Below are positions 41,863-51,258 of a DNA stretch of 51,258 nt, one piece after another; positions within the stretch are counted from its first letter, which is position 1; each line of letters begins with the position of its first letter. The stretch lies in IMG/VR virus record IMGVR_UViG_3300037762_000162, positions 1 to 51,258 of that record. One strand, written 5' to 3'. The position numbers and the translations under genes are program-made. The notes below the pieces were generated by a model. That model saw only the letters and a list, made by a program, of their open reading frames with translations, searched no databases and was not told where the DNA came from. Source of the stretch: a virus (Duplodnaviria > Caudoviricetes).

Positions 41863-42761
41863 GGCCGGTGACCGTTCTCGTCGTAGCCGGAGATCCACTC
41901 GTACACCTGGGCCATGCCCTCGTCGATGTCGACGGTGGGTTCCCAGTCGAGGCCGCGGATGCGGTCGGTGGCCAGCCGCTTCACCACCGTCTGTGCTGTC
42001 GGCGGGTCGACCTCGTGAATCAGGGTGTCCGATGCGCCAGCCAGTTTGCAGGCCCGTTGTGCGATCTCCAGCATGGTCCGCGGGTCGTCATCGCGGCCCA
42101 CGTTGTACGTCCCGCCGTGCGGATGCTCGAGGGTGAGCCGGATGCCGCGGACGGTGTCACCGACCCAGCACCAGGACCGCTCGGCGCCGCGGTGGACGGT
42201 GATCGGCATCCGGTGGTGCGCCTGCCACAGCATCGTATCCATGGCCCGGCGGCCCTCCCCGGGCGGCGTTCCCGGGCCGTACGGCATTGACAGGCGCACG
42301 ATCACCAGATCGTCCGGGGCGTAGAAGCGGCACACCTCTTCGCCCCACCGCTTCGACAACCCGTACAAATTGTGCGGCAGCACCCACAGTGCGTCCTCGT
42401 CGAGCAGGGCGTCACCCTGGTCGCCGTACGCCTCGGAGGTGGAGGCGTAGACCAGTCGCACCCCGGCCGAAGCGGCGGCGTGCGCGACTAGGCCGGTGGC
42501 CTCGGCGTTCCAGCGGATGGTCCTCGACACGTCCCGCTCGCCGAAGATCCGCCCTACCTGCGCGGCCAGATGCACGACCGCGTCGGGTTGGCACTTTTCC
42601 AGCCACTGGTGGACGCTCTGACGGCCTAACAGGTCGATCTGTGTGTCCACGTACTCACCGAGCCGCAGGTCGACGCCTAGCGTCTCGTGGCCCGCCGCCC
42701 GCAGGTCCCGGCACAGCCACGTGCCGACAAACCCGGCCGCTCCGGTGATCGCGACTCTCAC
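41859..42761 (-). CDS. NAD-dependent nucleotide-sugar epimerase/dehydratase
   Basis: ITGAAGFVG, HLAA, AST...YG, YGLSK. Confidence 0.92.
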   Translation of the reverse strand: MRVAITGAAGFVGTWLCRDLRAAGHETLGVDLRLGEYVDTQIDLLGRQSVHQWLEKCQPDAVVHLAAQVGRIFGERDVSRTIRWNAEATGLVAHAAASAGVRLVYASTSEAYGDQGDALLDEDALWVLPHNLYGLSKRWGEEVCRFYAPDDLVIVRLSMPYGPGTPPGEGRRAMDTMLWQAHHRMPITVHRGAERSWCWVGDTVRGIRLTLEHPHGGTYNVGRDDDPRTMLEIAQRACKLAGASDTLIHEVDPPTAQTVVKRLATDRIRGLDWEPTVDIDEGMAQVYEWISGYDENGHRP

Positions 42762-43504
42762 GTGGTCTCCGCGGGCCAGTCGGCGATAGTGACCGTGTTC
42801 AGCTTCTGCGCGGCGTAGTCCTCTTCGGACAGCCAGATCTCCTTGTGGTGGGTGGTCTTCACCCCGGTGTGGACGACGGGGATCACCCCGGCCTTGAGCA
42901 CCCTGCCGCAGAACGCGATGTCCTCACCGACGATGTCGCCGCTGCGGTCGTAGAACTGGTCGAACCAGTGGTCGCCGTGCTCGGCGCGCAACTTCTCTAG
43001 CACGCCACGGTGGATCAGCAGGAACGCCCCACCGGTCGCCGCCACCTGGGTGACCGTGTCGTCGACGTAGTCGCCGTAGTAGCAGAACGCCGGCTCACCC
43101 TTGTCCGACTCGCCGATCCGGTACATGGTCGGCACGACCGTGAACCGGTGCCCACCCATCCCGTCGTAGCCGTCGATCATGTACGCGAAGCACAGCCCGC
43201 CGATCACCGGCCGCTCCACCGGGTCGGCAGCCTCGAGCAGCCGATGCACCGCATCCGGTGCGAAGCCCATGTCGGTGTCGACGAAGAACAGCCACTCGTG
43301 GTCGGTGTTGTCCAGGAACAGCCGGGCCGCGTAGTTGCGGGAGTGCGCGATGTGGTGCATGCAGCGCAGGTTCAGCGGCCGGCGGGCGATGCGACCCTTG
43401 TCCAGGTCGTACTCCCACATGCCGCGCATGGACTCCACCCAGGAGTGGCTGACGTTCTCGCTGTGTAGGTATGCGACCTGCACCATGCCGTCGAGGTCGG
43501 TCAT
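42758..43504 (-). CDS. Glycosyltransferase (GT-A)
   Basis: SRN...WLFFVDTD...GGAFLLIHR.V...GEDIAFC. Confidence 0.88.
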   Translation of the reverse strand: MTDLDGMVQVAYLHSENVSHSWVESMRGMWEYDLDKGRIARRPLNLRCMHHIAHSRNYAARLFLDNTDHEWLFFVDTDMGFAPDAVHRLLEAADPVERPVIGGLCFAYMIDGYDGMGGHRFTVVPTMYRIGESDKGEPAFCYYGDYVDDTVTQVAATGGAFLLIHRGVLEKLRAEHGDHWFDQFYDRSGDIVGEDIAFCGRVLKAGVIPVVHTGVKTTHHKEIWLSEEDYAAQKLNTVTIADWPAETT

Positions 43505-43508
43505 GCGC

Positions 43509-43997
43509 TCACCGCAGGTCCCGTCGCGGCGTGAACCCGAACGTCGGCGGCGCCTCGTCCATGCGCGCAGCCTGCACAGCACCGACCTGTACGACGGGCC
43601 TAGCCGTGGTGTCCTGCTCCTCCCTCGCCGCGCACTTCTCGCATCGGGGCGACGAAACGCCCGACCCGCCCTTCGGCGGCTCCGGCGGCTTCTCGATGTG
43701 CGTGGTCGGCTGCATGCCCGGCCCGAGCGGCCCGACACGCCAGGTGTTGGCTTCCGCGATCTCGCGCCGGTTGTATCGGTTGATCAGCTGCCGGGCTTTG
43801 TTATCAGCGTGAGTCCGGGAGCCGAACACGAACCACGACTGCTGCTCCTGCATCTTCGGCTCGGTGACGGTGATGAGGGTGATCTCGTACCGCCAGCGTC
43901 CGAGGCGAACGATCTCGGCGGACCACGGACCGTCGATGATCTGCACTAGGTTCTCGGGTCGACCAGGGTCGGGGAAGCGGGGCTCAGGTACGGGCAT
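43509..43997 (-). CDS. Hypothetical protein
   Basis: GAAAGG RBS, fills gap after capsid gene. Confidence 0.55.
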   Translation of the reverse strand: MPVPEPRFPDPGRPENLVQIIDGPWSAEIVRLGRWRYEITLITVTEPKMQEQQSWFVFGSRTHADNKARQLINRYNRREIAEANTWRVGPLGPGMQPTTHIEKPPEPPKGGSGVSSPRCEKCAAREEQDTTARPVVQVGAVQAARMDEAPPTFGFTPRRDLR

Positions 43998-44020
43998 CGC
44001 GGATCGAACCCTTTCTGATT

Positions 44021-44069
44021 GGGATAGCTGGGTCTCGGCCCGCCGGCTATCCCTGCGGCGGGCCGAGAC
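44021..44069 (-). promoter_or_regulatory. Hairpin after capsid gene with loop complementary to downstream 8-mer
   Basis: 14-bp stem 44032-44045/44056-44069; loop GGGATAGC pairs with GCTATCCC (44021-44028). Confidence 0.65.
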
Positions 44070-44079
44070 TTTTGTCCGG

Positions 44080-45441
44080 TCAGCTGCCGGAGTAGGTGAT
44101 CTTCGTGACCGCCTTGGGCCGGCGGCCGAACGTGACCGCCTCGTAGCCCCACACGCCAACCCGGATCAGCGCCGGCCCGGCTGGCTGCTCGAACTGGAAC
44201 TGCATCGGCGGTGACACGGAGAACAGGTGCTCCTGGCTGTTCAGGATGAACCCGGTCGACGCCGCCACCGTCGGCGACGTGAGCGCCTCCAGCGACTCGA
44301 GACTGCCCTGAACCGCTCTGCGGAAGCCGTTAACGGCACCGCCCTCGCCGATCGCGTTCTGCGGGTTGTACGACTGGGCCAGAATCAGCGGCCGGCCCGT
44401 GGTGTCGGCGAACTTGAGGTAGCTCACCCACCGGGACGTCCGGCCGACCCACAGGTCCGGGTCGCCAGCCGGTGCATCCGAGATGGCGGCGATGCCGTCG
44501 AGGAGCCCGGCGCGCTGCGCGGCGATGTCCGTGGTAGTGAGCACACCCGCGGACACGGTCGCCGTGTTCACACCCGACTGACCGTTCAGGGCCGCGATGA
44601 CTTCAAGTTCGACGTTGTCGTAGAAGTCACCGATCAGGTCACCCCAGATGATGGTGTCGACGGCTGGGCTGGAGCCTTCCAGCAACTGCCGGGACACCTC
44701 CGAGTACCCCATGATCGCCTTCGGGGTGACGGTGATCGTGGTGTACTGCGGGTCCGTCTCGGTGGTGTTGACACCCTCAGCGACCGATGACGTCTTGGCG
44801 ACCGTGCCGGCGACCGGGATGGTCCACGGGTACGGTCCCGCCCACGGCACCTGCCTGAGTTGCGTCGCCAGCCGTAGTTGACGATGCATGACCGGCGCGA
44901 AGTACTCGGCCAGCCACACCGGCGGCACGAGACCGGCGCCGAAGGTGGTGGCACCGGCACCGAGCACGTCACGCAGGTGCTCGTTGTCCCGCATCGAGTT
45001 GGAATGCTGAGTGAGCCGGGTGGCGGCTTCCTTGTCGCCCATCATCATGGATCGGAAGTGGTCGCCGAGGAACGAGTTCGGGCCGCCGCGGGTGTAGATG
45101 CCCGGGTCCCGGTCCTGGGTGGTGATGCCCAGCGCCCGGAACTTGGTGCTGTCGCCGTCGCCCTGCGGCGCAGGCTGGTCGCCGTTGGCGGCGGGTGCAA
45201 CCATTGCGGCGTCGACCGTGGCGGCCATCTGCCGGTTCTGCGCGTTGCGAAGCTCGATCTCGGACAGGCTGGAGATCTCGGTGTGAAGCACCTTGGCCTT
45301 CTCGCCCATCTCGACGATCGACCGCTTCTCCTCATCGGTCAGATCGACCTGGCGTTCGACCGCGCGGGCCTGCATCCCGGCGATCGTGTCTTCGAGGCCC
45401 TTGTACTTGGTACGCAGGCCGTCCAGATACACGTTGGACAT
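44080..45441 (-). CDS. Major capsid protein (HK97 fold, N-terminal scaffold domain)
   Basis: N-terminal coiled coil; GLVPP, V.EG, S.QLL..S; follows protease. Confidence 0.9.
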   Translation of the reverse strand: MSNVYLDGLRTKYKGLEDTIAGMQARAVERQVDLTDEEKRSIVEMGEKAKVLHTEISSLSEIELRNAQNRQMAATVDAAMVAPAANGDQPAPQGDGDSTKFRALGITTQDRDPGIYTRGGPNSFLGDHFRSMMMGDKEAATRLTQHSNSMRDNEHLRDVLGAGATTFGAGLVPPVWLAEYFAPVMHRQLRLATQLRQVPWAGPYPWTIPVAGTVAKTSSVAEGVNTTETDPQYTTITVTPKAIMGYSEVSRQLLEGSSPAVDTIIWGDLIGDFYDNVELEVIAALNGQSGVNTATVSAGVLTTTDIAAQRAGLLDGIAAISDAPAGDPDLWVGRTSRWVSYLKFADTTGRPLILAQSYNPQNAIGEGGAVNGFRRAVQGSLESLEALTSPTVAASTGFILNSQEHLFSVSPPMQFQFEQPAGPALIRVGVWGYEAVTFGRRPKAVTKITYSGS

Positions 45442-45551
45442 GCGAACCCCTTCCTAGGGTTACTGCGGATAAGTGGGGCTCCGAGTAACCGGCGGGCTCG
45501 CTTCAACGTGAGCGGCGAGGGGACCGGTGTCCAGCCTTGAACTCTGGCGGG

Positions 45552-46406
45552 TTACCGCCAGTTCATTCCGAGGTCCGCGGCGCGGATCTCGACGTCATAG
45601 TCAGGCAGCTTCGGCAGACCGTTCCGGTACTGCTCCACCGCCTCGTTCAACGCTTCCTCTTCCGGGTTCAGCGTCGATTCGGCATACCGCTGCGGCTGCC
45701 GGGACCGAACCCCGGCCGCCATCGCCAAGTCGCCGTAGGCGCCCTCAAGAACGACGGCGACCTCGCGCAGGTTCGCTTTGACCCGCTCAACGACCCCGCC
45801 GGCGAGGCGGCGGTTGTGCCGCTCCCGGAACGCGATCGACAGGTTGTCCAGGGCGCCCTCTTTGACCAGCTCGAGGGTTTCGTTGCCGGCCCTAGTGTCC
45901 GCAGCACGCAGTTCCACATACAGGCCAGCCGGGTCGTCCCGGAGCAGGGTCGCCGCGCCGATCAGTTCCCCACCGAGGGCGACGTGCTCGCGGGCGAACT
46001 TGACCCGCGACGGGTCCGCGAACTGATGATCGAACGCGCCCCGCACGAATATTTCGGTCAGCCGGTCGTCGATCCGGGTCGGCGCGTTGTATGGCACCGC
46101 GATCCCGAACACAGTCCTGCCGCCGCCGCCGGAACGGACCTCCAGATCCGGCGCGAACGACCGATACTGCACCTCATCGGACGGGCCGGGACGGTCGAAC
46201 TTGTCGATCACGTCGATCCCGGTCCGAGGTGCCTCAGTCGAGCGATTGCCCGTCATGGTGCCTTCCTTCGCGTACAGCGCGGCCATCTGTGCCTGCGCGT
46301 CGTTTTCCGTCGCGTGGCATGCCACCACCGACCCGTCCGAATCCTTGACCACGGCCCACGGCTTCGATGGCCCGCACTGGTCGGACTTGCTCACATGCCA
46401 GGGCAT
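45552..46406 (-). CDS. HK97-family prohead protease with N-terminal extension
   Basis: G.AVPYN...E.F.RGAF...EH...IG...GLY...LSIAF...LREV.VV..GAY. Confidence 0.9.
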   Translation of the reverse strand: MPWHVSKSDQCGPSKPWAVVKDSDGSVVACHATENDAQAQMAALYAKEGTMTGNRSTEAPRTGIDVIDKFDRPGPSDEVQYRSFAPDLEVRSGGGGRTVFGIAVPYNAPTRIDDRLTEIFVRGAFDHQFADPSRVKFAREHVALGGELIGAATLLRDDPAGLYVELRAADTRAGNETLELVKEGALDNLSIAFRERHNRRLAGGVVERVKANLREVAVVLEGAYGDLAMAAGVRSRQPQRYAESTLNPEEEALNEAVEQYRNGLPKLPDYDVEIRAADLGMNWR

Positions 46407-46407
46407 G

Positions 46408-46605
46408 TCAACGCGCCCGCGGCGTCCCGTCGGCCAGGTAGTGCATCGCGTGCGCCGAGCAGACCACGCCGTTCACGGCGCGACCCATATGCGCGGTGCC
46501 ATCATCGACGACGCACTGACCGCGGGCGATCCGCTTCTCCCGCTCGGACACCTTCGGCTTCTCCTCCACCGCCGGCGCGGCGAACTTCTTCGGGCTGTCG
46601 CTCAT
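46408..46605 (-). CDS. Small Cys/His protein
   Basis: GAGGAG RBS, ATGA-coupled to portal. Confidence 0.65.
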   Translation of the reverse strand: MSDSPKKFAAPAVEEKPKVSEREKRIARGQCVVDDGTAHMGRAVNGVVCSAHAMHYLADGTPRAR

Positions 46606-47792
46606 GGGAGCTCCTCGTTTCCGGTGCTGGTGAACTCGTCCGATTGGATCGGCTTCTCAGGCAGCGGCGGCAGGTCCTCGTAGCCGCGCGCCTCGTCGAC
46701 GGTTTCGAATCCGCTGGTGATCCCGATCTGGTGCGCCTGGTAGCGGGTCAGGGTGTCCGCCCGCAGCACCGAATCCAGGTTCGCCTTCACCGTGGTACCC
46801 CGCGGGAACGCCAACGACAGGGTCTGCTCGAACCGGGCCAGATGCCCCGACATCGTGTACTTCAACAGGTGCAGGTCATCCTGGCTCATGTTCGAGTACT
46901 TGCGGGACGAATCGGTCCCACCGAGCCAACCCACTGGCAGCCCGAAGATCAGTTCCCACTCGTTCAAGGTGAACCGGCGGGCCTCCACCAGCTGCATCTG
47001 CTCCGGGTTCCACGACAACGGGGTGAACTTCGTCGAGGCGTTGAGCACCTGCACGCTGCGCTCGCGCTGGTTCGCCAGCCACTGGGCCTTCATGTCCAGC
47101 GCCTCAGCATCGGTCAGATCCGGATTCGATGATTCGATGACCCCCGTGGGGACGCCGTGATTCGCCAGAGAACGCGACTGGCGAGACTGATCCTGCGCCA
47201 AGTTGATCGTATTCATGTGAGCTTCGAGGACACCCAGCCCACGCACTGCGCCCGGCTCACACGGCCCCTTGATGTGGATCACATCCTCGGAACCGAGCCC
47301 CTTCATCGCGCCGACCTTGTACTCCAGCGCGCCCACCGGCAGCGGCGAATCCTGGTACGGGGACACCCGCCGCACATCGACGCTGACCGCCGGCACCGGC
47401 AACACCGCGGTCGGCCAGCCCTGCGCGTTGCGGGCCGAGATCACCCCGACCGCGTTGCCGTGCCACAGCAGGTCCAGGCCCGCAGAGGAGAACGTCGACA
47501 TCCGCGTATCCGGCGGATTCGGCTGCTCCAACAGCGGCGGCGTCGGCTCCAACTTCTCCATCGGCCCGTCGCCGTACTCGCGGTACGCATGCCACGGCAC
47601 CTGGCCCAGGAAGTCGGAGATCAGCAGCGCCGCCCGCCACGCACCCGGCACCGTCATCGCACCCCGATAGGCGCTCGAGGTGGCCCAGTCCGGGGACAGC
47701 CCGTCCAGGACGGTGTACACCGCGGTCGCACCGGACACCGTGTCGGAGACGGTGTACTTCGTCGACCGGGTGAGTAGCCGCCCCAGACCCAT
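46602..47792 (-). CDS. Portal protein (HK97 family)
   Basis: LL.QPNP...LLWHGNA...VIHIK...G.G...QL.EARRF...IFG.P...T.DEAR..EDLPP. Confidence 0.93.
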   Translation of the reverse strand: MGLGRLLTRSTKYTVSDTVSGATAVYTVLDGLSPDWATSSAYRGAMTVPGAWRAALLISDFLGQVPWHAYREYGDGPMEKLEPTPPLLEQPNPPDTRMSTFSSAGLDLLWHGNAVGVISARNAQGWPTAVLPVPAVSVDVRRVSPYQDSPLPVGALEYKVGAMKGLGSEDVIHIKGPCEPGAVRGLGVLEAHMNTINLAQDQSRQSRSLANHGVPTGVIESSNPDLTDAEALDMKAQWLANQRERSVQVLNASTKFTPLSWNPEQMQLVEARRFTLNEWELIFGLPVGWLGGTDSSRKYSNMSQDDLHLLKYTMSGHLARFEQTLSLAFPRGTTVKANLDSVLRADTLTRYQAHQIGITSGFETVDEARGYEDLPPLPEKPIQSDEFTSTGNEELP

Positions 47793-47794
47793 GA

Positions 47795-48040
47795 TCAGAT
47801 CTTCTCAGCCTCGCGGAGCGTGCCCAGCACCACCGCAGCCAGCCCGGCCGCGATCAGCGTGATCGGCGTGCCGAACTGCATGAAGGAGCCGACCAGCGCG
47901 GCGATGCCGCCGCCGATCTGCGCCAGCCACCCCCCAGTGGGGATCACCGGGAACCGCAACCCGCGCAGCTTCCGCGGCTCCGACTGGAGCGTCGCGGTCG
48001 GAGCATCCTGCTGCCACGTCATGTTATCGAGAACGGTCAC
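47795..48040 (-). CDS. Small two-TM membrane protein
   Basis: Two hydrophobic helices; common position before portal. Confidence 0.75.
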   Translation of the reverse strand: MTVLDNMTWQQDAPTATLQSEPRKLRGLRFPVIPTGGWLAQIGGGIAALVGSFMQFGTPITLIAAGLAAVVLGTLREAEKI

Positions 48041-48168
48041 AGGTACATCCCGACTGGCTTGTCTGCCGGTTGCTGCGGCACGGTGGTTTCGACCGTGGTC
48101 TTGGTCTCCGAGACCACGGTCCCCTTGTCATCGAGCTTCTGCACGATGGTGACAACCGTCTCGGCCAT
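48037..48168 (-). CDS. Small hypothetical protein (43 aa)
   Basis: TGATG and GTGA overlaps. Confidence 0.6.
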   Translation of the reverse strand: MAETVVTIVQKLDDKGTVVSETKTTVETTVPQQPADKPVGMYL

Positions 48169-49619
48169 CAGTACACCTTCGATCGTGGGATCACGGATTG
48201 TGTCTCCAACAGCCACGCCGCCCCGGTCACCGCCACCAGCGGCGAGATGTCCCCGGACTTCCGTCGTGACCACGTCCACAGGTCGTCGCCGATGTCCCGC
48301 TTGATCGCCACCGACAGCGCCTGCGCGAACAGTGGCTCACCGGAATGGGTGACTGCCTTGTCGGCGACCAGCTTCTGCAGATGCCCGCAGGCGCGGCCCA
48401 TGTCCGGGATCGTGAAGACTTCGGGCTCGATGCCCTGCTCCTTCAACGCCGGCAGCAGCGCCGTCACCGCACCCGTGCCCAACACCGCGAACTGAGCGCC
48501 GGGGTAGTCCTTCCGCAGCTTCGCCGCCCGGACGGGCAGCCAGTCGGCGCCCCCGCCGTACTCCGCGAGGTCCAGATGCGGCTTCCCGTTGTGGACAGCA
48601 GCCACGCCGATACTGGCCGAGCCCAACCCCGGTGAGGCATCCAGGAAGTACACCGGGGACGGCGGATTCGGATCCGGCGGGTCGATCGCGCGGCCAGCCC
48701 ACTCGCCCATGTCGATCGGGCGGACCTCGATTTCAGGCAGATCGAACCAGCCCAGCCGTTCCCGCCCGAACTCCTCAGCCGGCAGTGCGCGCCGCTCCTG
48801 CCGGACGTACTCGTAGGTGATTCGCCGACCGATCGCCGGGTTCGCTAACGGCCACAGCGACTCGTCATCCAAGGCGCAGCCCGCGGTGCCGACCACATGC
48901 CCACACTTGCGGCCCTGCTCGCACGGCGGGTCGTCCCAACCGCCCGGCGCGCAGTACTCCACCCAGATCAGCGACGGGTCGCCACCCTTGCGGCCACGAT
49001 CCCGCAACGCCCGCAGATGGTCGCTCGAGCCCAGGCCCGCCGACGCGCCGTAGTTCAGTTGCGGATCCTCACGCGCCGACAGTGTCGGGATCAGCGCGCC
49101 CATCGACTCCGCCGACAGGAACCCCGCCTCGTCCATGACCAGGCGCCGGCCACCCAGCCCACGGCCGCCGCCCTTCGACCGGGCCAGGAACTCCAACCGA
49201 GCCCCCGAATGGAGCTCGATCGACTCCTCGCCGTTCGCGTAGGTGACCTTCTTCACCCGCCGCGACAACTCCGGCGTGCTGGAGATCAGTCGGTCGAAGT
49301 CGGCGAACGCATCCCGCGCCGTCTTAAACAGGTGCGCCGTCCACACGATCCGGTCCGCGCCCAACAGGAACAGGTCGAACAGCACCACTGGCAGTAGGAC
49401 CGCCGCCGTCTTCCCGTTCTGGCGGGCCTCCACAATCGCCGACTCCAACGCCAACCACCGGCCACCGCGCCCGAACGACAGCATCGCGTCGACCGCCAAC
49501 GCCTGCTCCGGGTCGAGCTCACGGCCAGCCAGTCGCGACAGGTCCGTCGCCTCGTCGCCATACGAGCCGACCCGCTCCGGCACCCACAGATGAGTCGGCC
49601 GGAGCAGTGTCTCAGGCAC
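48168..49619 (-). CDS. terL: Terminase large subunit
   Basis: ARQNGKT Walker A, GRG, VMDEA Walker B, ANPA.G, F.RERLG, DISPLVA. Confidence 0.93.
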   Translation of the reverse strand: MPETLLRPTHLWVPERVGSYGDEATDLSRLAGRELDPEQALAVDAMLSFGRGGRWLALESAIVEARQNGKTAAVLLPVVLFDLFLLGADRIVWTAHLFKTARDAFADFDRLISSTPELSRRVKKVTYANGEESIELHSGARLEFLARSKGGGRGLGGRRLVMDEAGFLSAESMGALIPTLSAREDPQLNYGASAGLGSSDHLRALRDRGRKGGDPSLIWVEYCAPGGWDDPPCEQGRKCGHVVGTAGCALDDESLWPLANPAIGRRITYEYVRQERRALPAEEFGRERLGWFDLPEIEVRPIDMGEWAGRAIDPPDPNPPSPVYFLDASPGLGSASIGVAAVHNGKPHLDLAEYGGGADWLPVRAAKLRKDYPGAQFAVLGTGAVTALLPALKEQGIEPEVFTIPDMGRACGHLQKLVADKAVTHSGEPLFAQALSVAIKRDIGDDLWTWSRRKSGDISPLVAVTGAAWLLETQSVIPRSKVY

Positions 49620-50001
49620 CCGCCGCCTTCCGATCCCGGCGTGCCGCCAGTTCGTCCAACGAGTCCGTCGCCGGCGCGGCCACGTCCGCCACCGCGAGGC
49701 GACGGCGAGCCAGCGGGGTCATCCCGAAGTCGGCTTCGGTGCGGACGATCTGCGCGTCGAGCTGCGCCAGGTAGGAGAACAGCGGGTTCAGCACCGGCTG
49801 CCCCATCGACCCCTTCACCAATCGGGTCTTCCTGCACACCTTGGCGACCCGGTCGTATTCGTCGGTCTGCTCGATCCACCGCGTCAGCCGGGGCAGGTCC
49901 GATTCGACGTTGACCTTCTGCGCGGCGGGGCTTGCCCAGAACGCGTCCCATCGGCCTCGGGCCGCCTGTAGCAACCCTTCCGGGGCGTCCGGTGTGGTCA
50001 T
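49612..50001 (-). CDS. terS: Terminase small subunit (P27 family)
   Basis: GSMGQPVLNP...FGMTPLARRRL. Confidence 0.9.
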   Translation of the reverse strand: MTTPDAPEGLLQAARGRWDAFWASPAAQKVNVESDLPRLTRWIEQTDEYDRVAKVCRKTRLVKGSMGQPVLNPLFSYLAQLDAQIVRTEADFGMTPLARRRLAVADVAAPATDSLDELAARRDRKAAGA

Positions 50002-51206
50002 GTCGTGAAGTCGTGCGGCTCGCCCGACGACTCCAACACCGGCACCGTCCCGGTGTGCTCTTGGTAGCGGCGGCAGATCACGTCCACGTACGGCGGGTCA
50101 AGTTCGACCAACCGAGCGATGCGGCGGGTCTCGTGGCAGGCGATCAACGTCGACCCCGAGCCGGCGAACGGGTCCAACACCAGCGCCCCTACCCGGGTGC
50201 TGTTTCGCAGCGCCCGAGCCACGAGCTCGACCGGCTTCATGGTCGGGTGCTCATCCGACCGCTTCGGACGCGGAATCTCCCACACGGTGTCCTGGGTCCG
50301 GTCCTCCACCGCGTGGTGGGCCGCACCAGGAGTCCATCCGTAGAACACCACTTCGTGACGCGAGTGATAGTCCCCACGTCCCAGAACGAGCTGATCCTTC
50401 ACCCACACAATCACGTTCCGGTAAATACCCAACTCATCGAGCACAGTTGCCGCAGCGAGGAGCGTCTTGTCTGCGAAGGACACGTACCAGGCCGCTCCAC
50501 CCTTGGTAAACGCGAGTGTGGCGGCGAGCGAAGCCCGCAGGAAGTCAGTTAGAGCAACATGATTCAGATCGTCATTCTGGATGTCACCGACTGCGGACTC
50601 GTAGGCCACCCCATACGGCGGGTCCGTCCACACACAATCCGCCCGACCATCGCCCATCACCCGCTCGACCACTGCACCGCCTGTCGAGTCCCCGCACAGC
50701 AGCCGATGCGGCCCCAACAGCCACAGATCACCCAATGCCGACACCGTCTGGACTGGAACATCCGGCACCTCGTCCGGATCGGTCAGAGCAGTCGGTGGTT
50801 CCCGGCCGGCCAACAGCTCATTCAGATACGCCTCGTCGAACGACGCCGCCTCCAACAACTCCGGATCAGCCGCGAACACCTCCCCCACCATCGCCGCCAG
50901 ATCCGCCTCGTCGAACGACCCCAACACCGACGTCCGGTTATCCGCCAACGCGTACGCCTTCGCCGTCGCCTCGTCGTCATCCACACGCACCACGGCGATC
51001 TCCGACCAACCCAACTCGCGGGCCGCCGCCAGAGTGTGATTCCCCGCCACCACCGTCCCATCCCGACGGGCCACAATCGGCTTCCGCTGACCAAACCGCC
51101 GCAACGACCGAGCCACCGCAGCCACATCACCCCGGCGCGGATTCCCCTCCAACGGGGTCAAGTCATCCAACGGCACGGCCAGATCCCGGAGCGGCTCAGC
51201 CAACAT
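49998..51206 (-). CDS. ParB-like domain fused to N6/N4 DNA methyltransferase
   Basis: NPR.G...SLRRFGQ..PI...AGNH; DPPY; HPTMKPVEL; DPFAGSGST. Confidence 0.92.
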   Translation of the reverse strand: MLAEPLRDLAVPLDDLTPLEGNPRRGDVAAVARSLRRFGQRKPIVARRDGTVVAGNHTLAAARELGWSEIAVVRVDDDEATAKAYALADNRTSVLGSFDEADLAAMVGEVFAADPELLEAASFDEAYLNELLAGREPPTALTDPDEVPDVPVQTVSALGDLWLLGPHRLLCGDSTGGAVVERVMGDGRADCVWTDPPYGVAYESAVGDIQNDDLNHVALTDFLRASLAATLAFTKGGAAWYVSFADKTLLAAATVLDELGIYRNVIVWVKDQLVLGRGDYHSRHEVVFYGWTPGAAHHAVEDRTQDTVWEIPRPKRSDEHPTMKPVELVARALRNSTRVGALVLDPFAGSGSTLIACHETRRIARLVELDPPYVDVICRRYQEHTGTVPVLESSGEPHDFTT

Positions 51207-51258
51207 CGCCCCTCCTGAAAAACAGCCCAGCGACTACCGGGGAGAGAAGTGTGACGAC

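Larger units (their letters stand above)
1..51258 (-). mobile_element. Temperate actinobacteriophage (siphovirus, HK97-type head), probably complete non-integrated genome
   Basis: Full set of packaging, head, tail, lysis, integration, immunity and replication genes; att core flanked by phage genes on both sides; WhiB and high GC point to an actinobacterial host; no host genes at either end. Confidence 0.93.

Noticed and set aside
45537-47132. 531-aa + strand ORF
   Set aside because: Antisense to portal and protease; no recognisable motifs
49998-51206. Plasmid-type partition system
   Set aside because: ParB-like domain is fused to a methyltransferase, a common arrangement beside terminase; no ParA found

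Overview
The window looks like an essentially complete ~51 kb genome of a temperate, GC-rich actinobacterial siphovirus, given in reverse orientation (almost all genes are on the - strand). Reading the - strand from the right end: ParB-methyltransferase, terminase, HK97-type portal, protease and capsid, a glycosylation cassette (two glycosyltransferases and an epimerase), neck and tail genes with a -1 frameshifting chaperone, a tape measure with an M23 peptidase domain, a Tat-signal PIG-L deacetylase, and a lysis cassette. Then come an accessory region around an attP (3' half of tRNA-Thr(CGT)) with a tyrosine integrase, two tRNA-Ser genes and a repressor/Cro switch, an early/replication arm, and a late promoter. 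A second block of virion-like fibre and repeat proteins, interrupted by two antisense HNH endonucleases, and a terminal packaging-type HNH end the genome. The strongest candidate for an undescribed system is a + strand operon beside attP: a DUF2637/Spd-like membrane protein, an FtsK/TraB-like DNA translocase fused to a GIY-YIG nuclease, and a Cys/His micro-peptide, transcribed divergently from a ribbon-helix-helix protein and an endonuclease VII-RHH fusion. This resembles an actinomycete conjugative-element transfer module carried by a phage. Other highlights are a possible repeat-templated virion filament module, an HNH insertion that recoded its host gene's 3' end, and recurrent pseudoknot-like RNA elements. 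All family calls come from motif recognition by eye; no database searches were run.
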